Of a stretch of DNA of 64,000 nucleotides, positions 39,119 to 47,800 are shown one piece after another. Both the position numbers and the translations under genes were made by a program. Position 1 is the first letter of the stretch, and each line of letters starts with the position of its first letter. Under the pieces are notes generated by a model. That model was not told the DNA's origin and did no database searches. It worked only from the letters and a program-made list of their open reading frames with translations. Source of the DNA: a virus (lineage: Duplodnaviria > Caudoviricetes); IMG/VR virus record IMGVR_UViG_3300044645_001661; one strand, 5' to 3'.

Positions 39119-39702
39119 TGACAAAGGCTAAAATACATAATCCATTAAAACTTGGTAATGATTATGGGCAAATAAAATTTGGGCACATTAATATTAATAA
39201 TCATGTTGCTGGTGTAATGATACGTAATGGTCCTCCAGCACCTGCTGCGGAACATTATATGCAGCTTATGTCTACTGGGACTATGGCTGGTGGAACAATT
39301 AATAGATGTCCTGGAGTCTATCAGATTTGGTGTGGTAATAATCCAGTAACAAATGTATCATTTGTTTTAAATGCTGTTGATGGGGATATCATTATTCGTG
39401 CTCCAAATGGTAGAATAATGATGGAAGCAAAAAATATTGATATTAGAGCAAATGGTGATAGTAACAAAAGTGGATTTGTAAATATTGATGCTAATGAAAA
39501 AGTAATTATTCGTTCTAAAAATATTGAACTTAATGCATCTTCAGTAGCAAAATTTTTCTCTTCTGGATTATGTGAAGTAGTTGGCAAAAATACATTAAAT
39601 TTTGCTGGAGGTTTAATTGATTGTGCAGATGGTGCTACCTCCGTTAAAAAATCTAAAGGAATATCTAACTTAGAAAATCAAGAAGCAAGGGACTCGACTT
39701 AA
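39118..39702 (+). CDS. Baseplate spike-associated beta-helix-like protein
   Basis: Beta-rich A.DGDIIIRAPNGRI.MEAKNIDI; follows the gp5-like gene. Confidence 0.5.
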   Translation: MTKAKIHNPLKLGNDYGQIKFGHININNHVAGVMIRNGPPAPAAEHYMQLMSTGTMAGGTINRCPGVYQIWCGNNPVTNVSFVLNAVDGDIIIRAPNGRIMMEAKNIDIRANGDSNKSGFVNIDANEKVIIRSKNIELNASSVAKFFSSGLCEVVGKNTLNFAGGLIDCADGATSVKKSKGISNLENQEARDST

Positions 39703-39703
39703 T

Positions 39704-40483
39704 ATGAAATTACCTGACGTAGAAGTTAAAAAAAGATTATTTGTTGGTGTTGGTGATCCGTCACTTGTATTGGGATTGGGACCAACAGAAATTAGAGGAT
39801 CTGCGTATGTAGAAGGACCAGAAGTTGTTGGAGATCCAAAAGTTTTTGGTGCAGGACCAAAAGCTACCTTGATGGTTGGTCCAAATAAAAACTCAGACTC
39901 TCCACCAAATATTATTCCTGGTGCTTTATGTACTGGTAACAATTCACCTTATTCATTAGGTGTAATTGGTAATGCTGCTATTTTTACACATCTCGATGTA
40001 AATGGTAACATTAGTGCTGGTAATAATATTATTGCTCAGGGTGAAGTGATGTCACGTTGTGGTGGGCATATTCTTTCTGCTAAAAAGAATTTTGACATTC
40101 CACACCCGACAAAAGAGGGGTGGAGACTTCGCCATACTTGCCCAGAAGGACCATCTAATGATGTATATTTTCGAGGTAAAACTAAAAAAAATATTATAGA
40201 ACTTCCAGAATACTGGTTAAATTTAGTTGATGAAGATTCTATAACTGTTAATTTAACACCGATTGGAATAAATCAAGACCTAGTTGTTGAGGATATTAAA
40301 GATAATAAAATTTATATAAAAAATAATGGATTCCCAATACATTGCTTTTATCATGTTTATGGTGAAAGAAAAGATGGTGAAAAACTAATTCCTGAATACG
40401 AAGGTTCTACCCCTGCAGATTATCCAGGTAATAATGATGAATACTCTGTATCTGGATATCATTATGATGTTAAGGAGGATTAA
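39704..40483 (+). CDS. Tail-associated protein with C-terminal KxFDIxHP domain
   Basis: KNFDIPHPTKEGWRLRHTCPEGP...YFRG...LPEYW...GERKD. Confidence 0.55.
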   Translation: MKLPDVEVKKRLFVGVGDPSLVLGLGPTEIRGSAYVEGPEVVGDPKVFGAGPKATLMVGPNKNSDSPPNIIPGALCTGNNSPYSLGVIGNAAIFTHLDVNGNISAGNNIIAQGEVMSRCGGHILSAKKNFDIPHPTKEGWRLRHTCPEGPSNDVYFRGKTKKNIIELPEYWLNLVDEDSITVNLTPIGINQDLVVEDIKDNKIYIKNNGFPIHCFYHVYGERKDGEKLIPEYEGSTPADYPGNNDEYSVSGYHYDVKED

Positions 40484-40485
40484 AA

Positions 40486-41142
40486 ATGGCTGAAGAAGGA
40501 ACTTTTGTATCAAAAAGAGTTGGACGAAGAAATTGTGGAGATAAAGGTATTAAAGGACCATTCTCTACAAAATTTGATTATATTTTAAAATCTTTGACTG
40601 GGGATGATGATTATCCAAAAGAAGCATGTACTCCCTGGATTCATTATAACGTTAAGGTTGGAAATTTAAAGGCGGATCAAATTGTTCAAGCAGCAGATGT
40701 TAAAACTGCATCAGTTAGTTCATTAAATGCAAAGGCTGCAGTTTGGGATTCTAAGAAATCTTTTGATATTCAACACCCAACAAAACAAGAACATCGTCTT
40801 AGATATATTTGTCTGGAAGGACCAACTGCAGATGTATATTTGCGTGGAAAACTAGTAAATAACTCTTATATTGAGTTGCCAGATTATTGGAAAGATTTTG
40901 TTGATATGGAAACTTTAGCGATAACGTTAACTCCAAATGGACATTGGCAAGAATTATTTGTCGATAAAATTGAATGGGGTAATAAAATTCATATCAAAAA
41001 TAATTCTGGAACTTCAATTAATTGTGATTATGTTGTGTTTGGTGAACGTATTGATACAAATAAAAATATTTCTGAGTATCAAGGCTTGACACCAGCAGAC
41101 TATCCAGGGGATAATAAGGAATATAATATTAACGGTAAGTGA
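40486..41142 (+). CDS. Paralog of the upstream KxFDIxHP-domain protein
   Basis: KSFDIQHPTK..RLRYICLEGP...YLRG...LPDYW...GERID...TPADYPGDN. Confidence 0.55.
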   Translation: MAEEGTFVSKRVGRRNCGDKGIKGPFSTKFDYILKSLTGDDDYPKEACTPWIHYNVKVGNLKADQIVQAADVKTASVSSLNAKAAVWDSKKSFDIQHPTKQEHRLRYICLEGPTADVYLRGKLVNNSYIELPDYWKDFVDMETLAITLTPNGHWQELFVDKIEWGNKIHIKNNSGTSINCDYVVFGERIDTNKNISEYQGLTPADYPGDNKEYNINGK

Positions 41143-41816
41143 TGCATAGAGTACATGAAGCATTCCCCCTGATTGTTTATCAGGGAATGGTGGATTGTCA
41201 CGAAAAAATTAAGAGTAATCTTGATGAACTTCGTGACTATTGGTTTGATGGATATCAGAATGAAAGTCCAGAATATTCTGGTAGAATTTTTGTTCATCAA
41301 AAAAAGTCTTGTAAACCTTTTTTTGAAGAATTACGTACACATGTTGATAATTATTTTGGATATTTAAATGTTGATTATTCAAAATTAGATTATCATATTA
41401 TCAAATCTTGGGTTGGATATCATCAAGATGATGAGACACCATCTGTAAAACCTCATAATCACAATGCATCAGATTTGAGTTTTGTTTATTATGTTAAAAC
41501 TGATGAGACTTCTGATAAATTTTGCGTAGCACAAGAAAAAAATCCTAATGAATGTGTTGGTGATTTGTTCATGGAAGCAATGCAAAGAAATTTAATTACT
41601 GGATATAATAAGTATAATTGTAATGTTTATAGTATTACTCCTATTGAAGGTAGTGTTGTAATATTTCCAAGTAAAATTGGTCATTTTACTCAAAAGTTTA
41701 CCGAACGACAAGGGGAGAGGTTAGTTATTCCTGGAGATATTCGAGTTACTTTAAAACCACAAAATCCAGATTATCATCAAGGGTCTACACATCCTTCTCA
41801 ATGGTTACAACTTTGA
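41139..41816 (+). CDS. Putative 2OG-Fe(II) oxygenase (TIGR02466-like)
   Basis: KSW...PHNH..SDLSFVYYV...IFPSKIGHFT...RLVIPGD. Confidence 0.65.
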   Translation: MMHRVHEAFPLIVYQGMVDCHEKIKSNLDELRDYWFDGYQNESPEYSGRIFVHQKKSCKPFFEELRTHVDNYFGYLNVDYSKLDYHIIKSWVGYHQDDETPSVKPHNHNASDLSFVYYVKTDETSDKFCVAQEKNPNECVGDLFMEAMQRNLITGYNKYNCNVYSITPIEGSVVIFPSKIGHFTQKFTERQGERLVIPGDIRVTLKPQNPDYHQGSTHPSQWLQL

Positions 41817-42543
41817 GAGGGTCGTGTTTTTTATAGATCTTTTGGACCTCTGACATCCAAGGTTCATCTCTCATCATCCAATCCATATCATAATCAAGTG
41901 TGATATGCTCTGGACCAATATACCTGTCGATGTATGATTTGATTAGGGTTTCTCCAAGAGAGACATCACCCCAATCATTATCGTGCATCTCTTTTGTTTT
42001 CGTATATAATTTAAGATATTTTTTCATCCAATAACAGTTACCATGGGCAAAGTAATCCACGTAAGAATCTTCTGGATTACACGGTCCTGGATGAACTTTC
42101 CATGCTGGTAGGACTAAATCTTTATCTGGTTGAAGTTTAAAATTTTTAATAGAAAAGTCGCCTCTACATTTGATAATAGTGTCATATTCCATGGGATTAA
42201 AAAGACGCAATCCCAAATAATTAGAATACCATTGTCGGAGGATTCTATATGACCATTCTCTTCCATTTATTTCTAACCCATTTGATTTGAATTTAAATTC
42301 TGGAAGAGTCTCTTTATCTCTAAACAAGTAGTTTTTAGGTTTATATTCTTTTATTATTTTATCTATATCTATCCGAACTATTCCAGATCCCATGTAAAGT
42401 TCGGAATAATTGTAAGAACTGATATATACATCAGTTGAATACTTGTCAATAATATTAGATTTTATGTTTTGGAAGTGGTTCTCCCAATTTCTCATGTATC
42501 CAGTCAATAATAATGCTATTTTCATTTCATTTTTAAATATCAT
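41785..42543 (-). CDS. Hypothetical protein, possibly glycan-related
   Basis: KIALLLTGYMR, YD.IIKCRGD, DYFAHG, GE.LIK pattern. Confidence 0.5.
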   Translation of the reverse strand: MIFKNEMKIALLLTGYMRNWENHFQNIKSNIIDKYSTDVYISSYNYSELYMGSGIVRIDIDKIIKEYKPKNYLFRDKETLPEFKFKSNGLEINGREWSYRILRQWYSNYLGLRLFNPMEYDTIIKCRGDFSIKNFKLQPDKDLVLPAWKVHPGPCNPEDSYVDYFAHGNCYWMKKYLKLYTKTKEMHDNDWGDVSLGETLIKSYIDRYIGPEHITLDYDMDWMMRDEPWMSEVQKIYKKHDPLKVVTIEKDV

Positions 42544-42571
42544 ATATATAAAATTATAATGATAATTTAAA

Positions 42572-43366
42572 ATGTCTGAACTTGTAAATTTATTAACTTT
42601 AGAAGCATCTCAATTAGAACAGAACTCTGATGGACTTCCAGAGTATCGTGATAGGGCTGCTGGATTAGCTGCTTCTTATAGATTGCCATCAAAACAATTT
42701 GATGATTTGGCATTAAATCTTTTAACTTCTGCAAATGCTGCAAAAGCTACTGCAGTATCTTTAGGTGGCAATACTGGATTAAATACATCTTGTTATACTG
42801 CAGATACTGCTTGGATTACTTCCACTTATGGAAGTCTTGTTGCTAGTGTTGGTGTTGCATCTGCGGCGTCTTTAGGGATTGTTGGATTAGGATCAATACC
42901 AATTGCATATGGTATAATTAAGGGTGATGCACTAGAAGCATATACATACCCTAAAGTGGATAATTTAGACGTAAGTGTTGAGAATCCATTTGAAGGTGAA
43001 GGATATGTCACTGTAAATTCAGGAAATTCTGGTATTGGTAAAAATACTCGATATACTGTAAACGGTGGATCTACAATTGGTAATGTATTTTCAATATCAA
43101 GTTCACCGATTCCAATATTCGGTGGAACTTGTCCTGGGTCTACTATAGCATCAGGTGTATCACCATTAATAACTCAATATTCAAATTCATCTGCTGGAAT
43201 ATCTTCGTATAATACTTTAGCAACTAAAGTGAAAAAATATAAAACAGAATATGAATTTCATGTGTGGTCTTATAATAGAAAAATAAAAGAAAATGATGAT
43301 GATTCTGCAGATCAACTTGTAGTAGCGGGAATTCTCACAGATCCTGTGTATGGTGGACCTTATTAA
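42572..43366 (+). CDS. Hypothetical, probably virion-associated protein
   Basis: 264 aa, Ser/Gly-rich, VGLGS/GIG motifs shared with tail proteins here. Confidence 0.5.
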   Translation: MSELVNLLTLEASQLEQNSDGLPEYRDRAAGLAASYRLPSKQFDDLALNLLTSANAAKATAVSLGGNTGLNTSCYTADTAWITSTYGSLVASVGVASAASLGIVGLGSIPIAYGIIKGDALEAYTYPKVDNLDVSVENPFEGEGYVTVNSGNSGIGKNTRYTVNGGSTIGNVFSISSSPIPIFGGTCPGSTIASGVSPLITQYSNSSAGISSYNTLATKVKKYKTEYEFHVWSYNRKIKENDDDSADQLVVAGILTDPVYGGPY

Positions 43367-43386
43367 ATGGCATCCCCAGGGGGGGC

Positions 43387-43418
43387 TTGACAACCGTTTA
43401 AGATCTTGCTATTATAAT
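43387..43418 (+). promoter_or_regulatory. Sigma70-type promoter
   Basis: TTGACA 43387-43392, 17 nt, TATTAT preceded by TGC (overlapping TATAAT 43413-43418). Confidence 0.65.
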
Positions 43419-43448
43419 CAGGTAAACAACGCAACAACCACAATAAAT

Positions 43449-43652
43449 ATGATTGATGAAAACGTTGATGAATATTTGACACGTTGCGTAGTTGATACAA
43501 GTACACGTACTTTTTTAATCTATTCAAATCTGGGAGATGAAAAAGTAATTGAATGTAACAATTCTCAAGAATTTTTAAACGTTCTTTCTTTTGTTAGGAG
43601 TGTGCTTGGATCTGATACTTTGGTTTATGCAGACCCCCTTGTAAAGGGGTAA
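43449..43652 (+). CDS. Hypothetical protein (MIDENVDEYLTRCVVD...)
   Basis: ATG 43449 lies downstream of the promoter and is preferred to 43350. Confidence 0.55.
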   Translation: MIDENVDEYLTRCVVDTSTRTFLIYSNLGDEKVIECNNSQEFLNVLSFVRSVLGSDTLVYADPLVKG

Positions 43653-43657
43653 TATAT

Positions 43658-43728
43658 GCGGGTGTGGTGTAGCGGTAACATACCATCCTTCCAAGTTGTA
43701 GTCACGGGTTCGATTCCCGTCACCCGCT
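43658..43728 (+). tRNA. trnG: tRNA-Gly (UCC)
   Basis: Acceptor GCGGGTG/CACCCGC, loop CTTCCAA, T-arm ACGGG-TTCGATT-CCCGT; CCA not encoded; weak anticodon stem. Confidence 0.88.
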
Positions 43729-43774
43729 TACCAAAATAGAATTTTGGTATCAAAAATTTTTACAAAATCTTTTT

Positions 43775-43993
43775 ATGAATCCTTATAAAATTTCTTATAG
43801 GACCCTATGTGAATCTGTGGTTAAAACAACCCCAGAAAATGTAAAAGAGGCAAATGAAGGTTTGTTTTATTGTACCATGACTTTGCCAGCTGCTGCTAAG
43901 CATTGTGGCATGTCACAAAAAGAAATGAAATTGACTTTTTATGAATATTTAAAATACAATCCTGCATCTTATATCGATGATAGGGGGGAATAA
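43775..43993 (+). CDS. Hypothetical protein, possible small helix-turn-helix
   Basis: TLPAAAKHCGMSQKEMK. Confidence 0.55.
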   Translation: MNPYKISYRTLCESVVKTTPENVKEANEGLFYCTMTLPAAAKHCGMSQKEMKLTFYEYLKYNPASYIDDRGE

Positions 43994-44028
43994 CTAAAGG
44001 GATTGAGTATAACTCTCCGCCCCCCATA

Positions 44029-44036
44029 TATAAATA
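44029..44036 (+). promoter_or_regulatory. T4-type late promoter TATAAATA
   Basis: Exact consensus 13 nt upstream of ATG 44050. Confidence 0.6.
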
Positions 44037-44049
44037 AATGGTGATTCTT

Positions 44050-44319
44050 ATGGCGTACAGAATCGATGCCACGTACTGTTGGTATAATAAAGGAAGTATG
44101 ATTGTAAAAATGTATTTTATTAATCATATACCATTTACTTTTGATGAACTTCCCGCCATTTCTATAGAAGATCCAGAATTAATTTCTATTGCTGATAAAA
44201 ATAGAAGATACGATCCTGAAGATTTATACAAAACTTCTTTTTATTTGATTGATGAGGAAGCACATCCTTGTTTATTCCCAATAGAATTAGAAAATCCTGA
44301 AGATCTTCCTGTAGATTAA
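44050..44319 (+). CDS. Conserved cyanophage-type hypothetical protein
   Basis: YCWY...MYFINHIPFTFDELP...EEAHPCLF. Confidence 0.6.
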   Translation: MAYRIDATYCWYNKGSMIVKMYFINHIPFTFDELPAISIEDPELISIADKNRRYDPEDLYKTSFYLIDEEAHPCLFPIELENPEDLPVD

Positions 44320-44320
44320 T

Positions 44321-44392
44321 GCCTTTCTAGCTCAGTGGTAGAGCACTCGCCTTGTAAGCGAGCGGTCATCGGTTCAAGTCCGATGGAAGGCT
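44321..44392 (+). tRNA. trnT: tRNA-Thr (UGU)
   Basis: Acceptor GCCTTTC/GGAAGGC, D-arm GCTC/GAGC, anticodon arm CTCGC-CTTGTAA-GCGAG, T-arm ATCGG-TTCAAGT-CCGAT. Confidence 0.95.
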
Positions 44393-44408
44393 TGAGTTTA
44401 TTACTCTT

Positions 44409-44564
44409 ATGTCACTAATTTCACAACGAGATCGAGATATTACTATTGAAGCACTCGATTTTTATATCTTTAGTAAAGGTGTTGATTTTACTGAGGAAAA
44501 AAGAATGGAAATCAATGCCCTTATTAATTGGTTGAAGTTGGAGAAATTTAAAAATGAAAATTAA
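44409..44564 (+). CDS. 51-aa hypothetical protein (MSLISQRDRD...)
   Basis: Manual translation. Confidence 0.5.
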   Translation: MSLISQRDRDITIEALDFYIFSKGVDFTEEKRMEINALINWLKLEKFKNEN

Positions 44565-44718
44565 TTTGTGGTATTGTACTGAAATGAAGCAATGGAGATG
44601 GACATTAACTGATGATCATCGTCCAGTTGTTAAACAAGAATCTGGACAACAACCAGAATTAAGAGTTGCTATGAATGATATTGCAAATACTGTAGAATAT
44701 ATGCTTGACAACCATTAA
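44554..44718 (+). CDS. 54-aa hypothetical protein (MKINLWYCTEMKQWRWTL...)
   Basis: Manual translation; overlaps the previous ORF by 11 nt. Confidence 0.55.
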   Translation: MKINLWYCTEMKQWRWTLTDDHRPVVKQESGQQPELRVAMNDIANTVEYMLDNH

Positions 44719-44733
44719 AATTTATCTTATAAT
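44705..44733 (+). promoter_or_regulatory. Perfect-consensus sigma70 promoter
   Basis: TTGACA 44705-44710, 17 nt, TATAAT 44728-44733. Confidence 0.8.
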
Positions 44734-44738
44734 TAATA

Positions 44739-44800
44739 TGCGATACTAATTCGCAGTGACCCAAAAAGTGTGACGGTAGAACCCTCCTTGTGAGGGTTTT
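44739..44800 (+). ncRNA. Candidate small RNA of about 60 nt
   Basis: No ORF between promoter and hairpin AACCCTC-CTTGT-GAGGGTT followed by TT; 5' hairpin TGCGA/TCGCA. Confidence 0.4.
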
Positions 44801-44866
44801 ATTGTATTTCTATTGCGGATTTTTAAGTGAATAAATAAATCATAATAGAAATCTTAGTATAATAAA

Positions 44867-47800
44867 ATGGGTCTTAGTCGCTTAGATAATTTCTTAAAGA
44901 ATAGTAGAGGTGATATTTTATATGTTGATCCCTCAAGTATAGATTCAACTGACAGTATTGAGAATCAAGGTAATTCTCTGGTCAGACCCTTTAAAACTAT
45001 TCAAAGAGCCTTAATAGAAGCCGCAAGATTTTCTTATCAAAGAGGTCTGGATAATGATCGCTTTGGTAGAACAACAATTATCGTTTATCCTGGAGAACAT
45101 TTAATTGATAATAGGCCAGGATGGATACCTATACATGATAATCCAGTAGCTGGTAATAATTGGTTAACCAGAGGTGGGGCAGTATCTAATGAATTCCCAG
45201 AATTTAATTTAAATTCTAACTTTAATATTAATGATGATACTAATGATCTTTATAAAATGAATAGTGTATATGGGGGTATTATTATTCCTCGTGGTACATC
45301 TATTGTTGGTATGGATCTTAGAAAAACTAAAATCCGTGCTAAATTTATTCCCAATCCAGAAGATTCTACAATTGATAGAACATCAATTTTTAGAGTAACT
45401 GGATCTTGCTATTTTTATCAATTTACATTTTTTGATGCGGACCCAAATAGTGTTGTATTTAAAGATTATGGTCCTACTAAGTTTGTTCCAAATTTCTCTC
45501 ACCACAAACTTACGTGTTTTGAATATGCTGATGGTGTAAATCCAGTAATTATTGATGATGATTATATTACATATAAAACCACAAAGACTGATTTAGATTT
45601 ATATTATGATAAAATAGCTCTTACATATGGATCTTCCAGTGGAAGATTGATAAGTCCAGATTTTCCAAATAGTGGAGTTGATGTTCAAACAAAAATTGAT
45701 GAATATAGAATTGTTGGATCAAAAGGACAAAATGTTGGTATTACAAGTATTAAAGCTGGTGATGGTGTAGTATCTTCAACCACAATCACTGTTGATATCG
45801 AAGAATCAATCGGTGGATTGGATGTAGATACTCCAATTAGAATTGAGGGTGTTCCTACTGCTGGTTATAATGGTCAATATGTTGTAAGTACTTCGGAAAG
45901 TTCTACTAGAATTACTTATAAAACATCTTCTGCTCCTGCTAATCCTCTACCAACAATTGTTAGTGGAACTCCAACTCTTAATATTGTTGTAGATACTGTT
46001 ACCTCTGCATCTCCATATATCTTTAACTGTTCTCTTAGATCAGTATTTGGTATGTGTGGTCTTCATGCTGATGGTAATAAAGCCGATGGATTTAAGTCCA
46101 TGGTTGTGGCACAATTTACAGGCATTGGTCTACAAAAAGATGATAATGCATTTTTAAAATATAATTCTACTTCTGGTGTATACGAAGATAAAACAGCAGT
46201 ATCGAATATTCATACAAATTCTTCTGCGGTATATAAACCAGAATATGAAAACTTCCACATTAAGGCATCCAACGATGCATTCTTACAGTTAGTTTCTGTA
46301 TTTGCTATTGGATATGCAAATCACTTCTTAGCGGAAAGTGGTGGTGACCACTCTATTACAAACTCTAACTCAAACTTTGGTGCAAAATCTCTTGTCGCTA
46401 GGGGATTTAAAAAAGAAGCATTCCCAAGAGACGATACTGGATTTATAACACATATTATTCCTCCTCAAGAAATTCAGAGTGAAGATATTAACATTGAATA
46501 CACTTCTATTGACGTAGAAGCAACAGTAGGTATTGGAAGCACTACAAGATTATATCTTTACAACGAAACCGATTTAGCTAATCCCCCATTATCTGTTGTT
46601 GATGGATATAGAATTGGATCTAAAATAAATGATGAACTGAAAGTTCTTCTTAATATAAACGGACAATCTACAACAAAAACATCGAAAATTATAATGCCAA
46701 ATACCCAAGGAAGGGGTATTTATGAAAGTTCTTCTTATAAAGAAGCTATTGTTGGCCGAACAAATATTGGTATTAATAGTATTTCTTCTAATACTTTTAC
46801 TTTAACTGCACCCCACCAATTTATACAGGGTGAATCTTTAAGAGTTTATAGTAGTGATGGTGAACTTCCTGATGGATTAAATCATAACCAAGTTTATTAT
46901 GCTATTACTGCGGGAATTAATTCCAATCAAGTTAAACTTGCACAAACTTTTAATGATACAATTACTGAAGATGCTGTAATTGTTAATAATAAGGGTGGTA
47001 TTTTAACATTTGAAAGTAGAGTATCTGACAAAAAATCTGGAGATATTGGGCATCCAATTCAATTTGATAGTGGTAATGGGCAGTGGTATATTACTGTCAG
47101 TGGAATATCTAGTTACAATCAAATATATTCTAGTGTTGTTGGTCTTGGAACTACGACTCTGGGAAGAACAACTCCAAGAACATTTATTACTAGAAAGTCT
47201 GATACTAGATCATTAACCGATAAGATTTATAAAGTTCGTTATGTAATACCAAAAGATTCTGCAGTTGTTGCAAGACCACCTAGAGATGGATTTGTAATTC
47301 AAGAATCTAATACTACTATTGGTGCAACACAAGAAGAAATTGGAAAATATAATAGTGTTGATGCTGTAATTTTAAATAATTCATCGGAATTAAGGAATTA
47401 TAGATTTATATCTAATGCTATTTGGGATTCCGTTGGTATTGCAACTCTTACTACTGAAATTCCACATGAATTATCTGTGGGATCATTGATTCAGATCAAT
47501 AATATTAAATCTGGATTTAATACTACTGGTATTGGTAATAGTGGATTTAATGGTGAATATTATGTAACTTCTAAACTTTCTAGAAGAGAATTCACAATTG
47601 GATTAACTACAAATCCAGGATTATTCCAAAGTGATACCTCAACTAGAGATATAAATTTACCATATTATAAGAGAGTTAGATTCAATAATACTTTTGTAAT
47701 ATACAAATCAGAAGAAATTCAGCAGTATGTTCCAAATACCAAAGACGGTGTTTATCACTTAACTATTGTTGATTCTTCCAATTCTCCTTCTGTTGAACCA

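Noticed and set aside
43350-43448. Longer N-terminus for the ORF ending at 43652
   Set aside because: It would span the promoter at 43387-43418; ATG 43449 is more plausible.
43633-43650. CCCCTT-GTA-AAGGGG hairpin just before tRNA-Gly as a terminator
   Set aside because: No U-tract follows and it overlaps the end of the upstream ORF; at most a processing aid.
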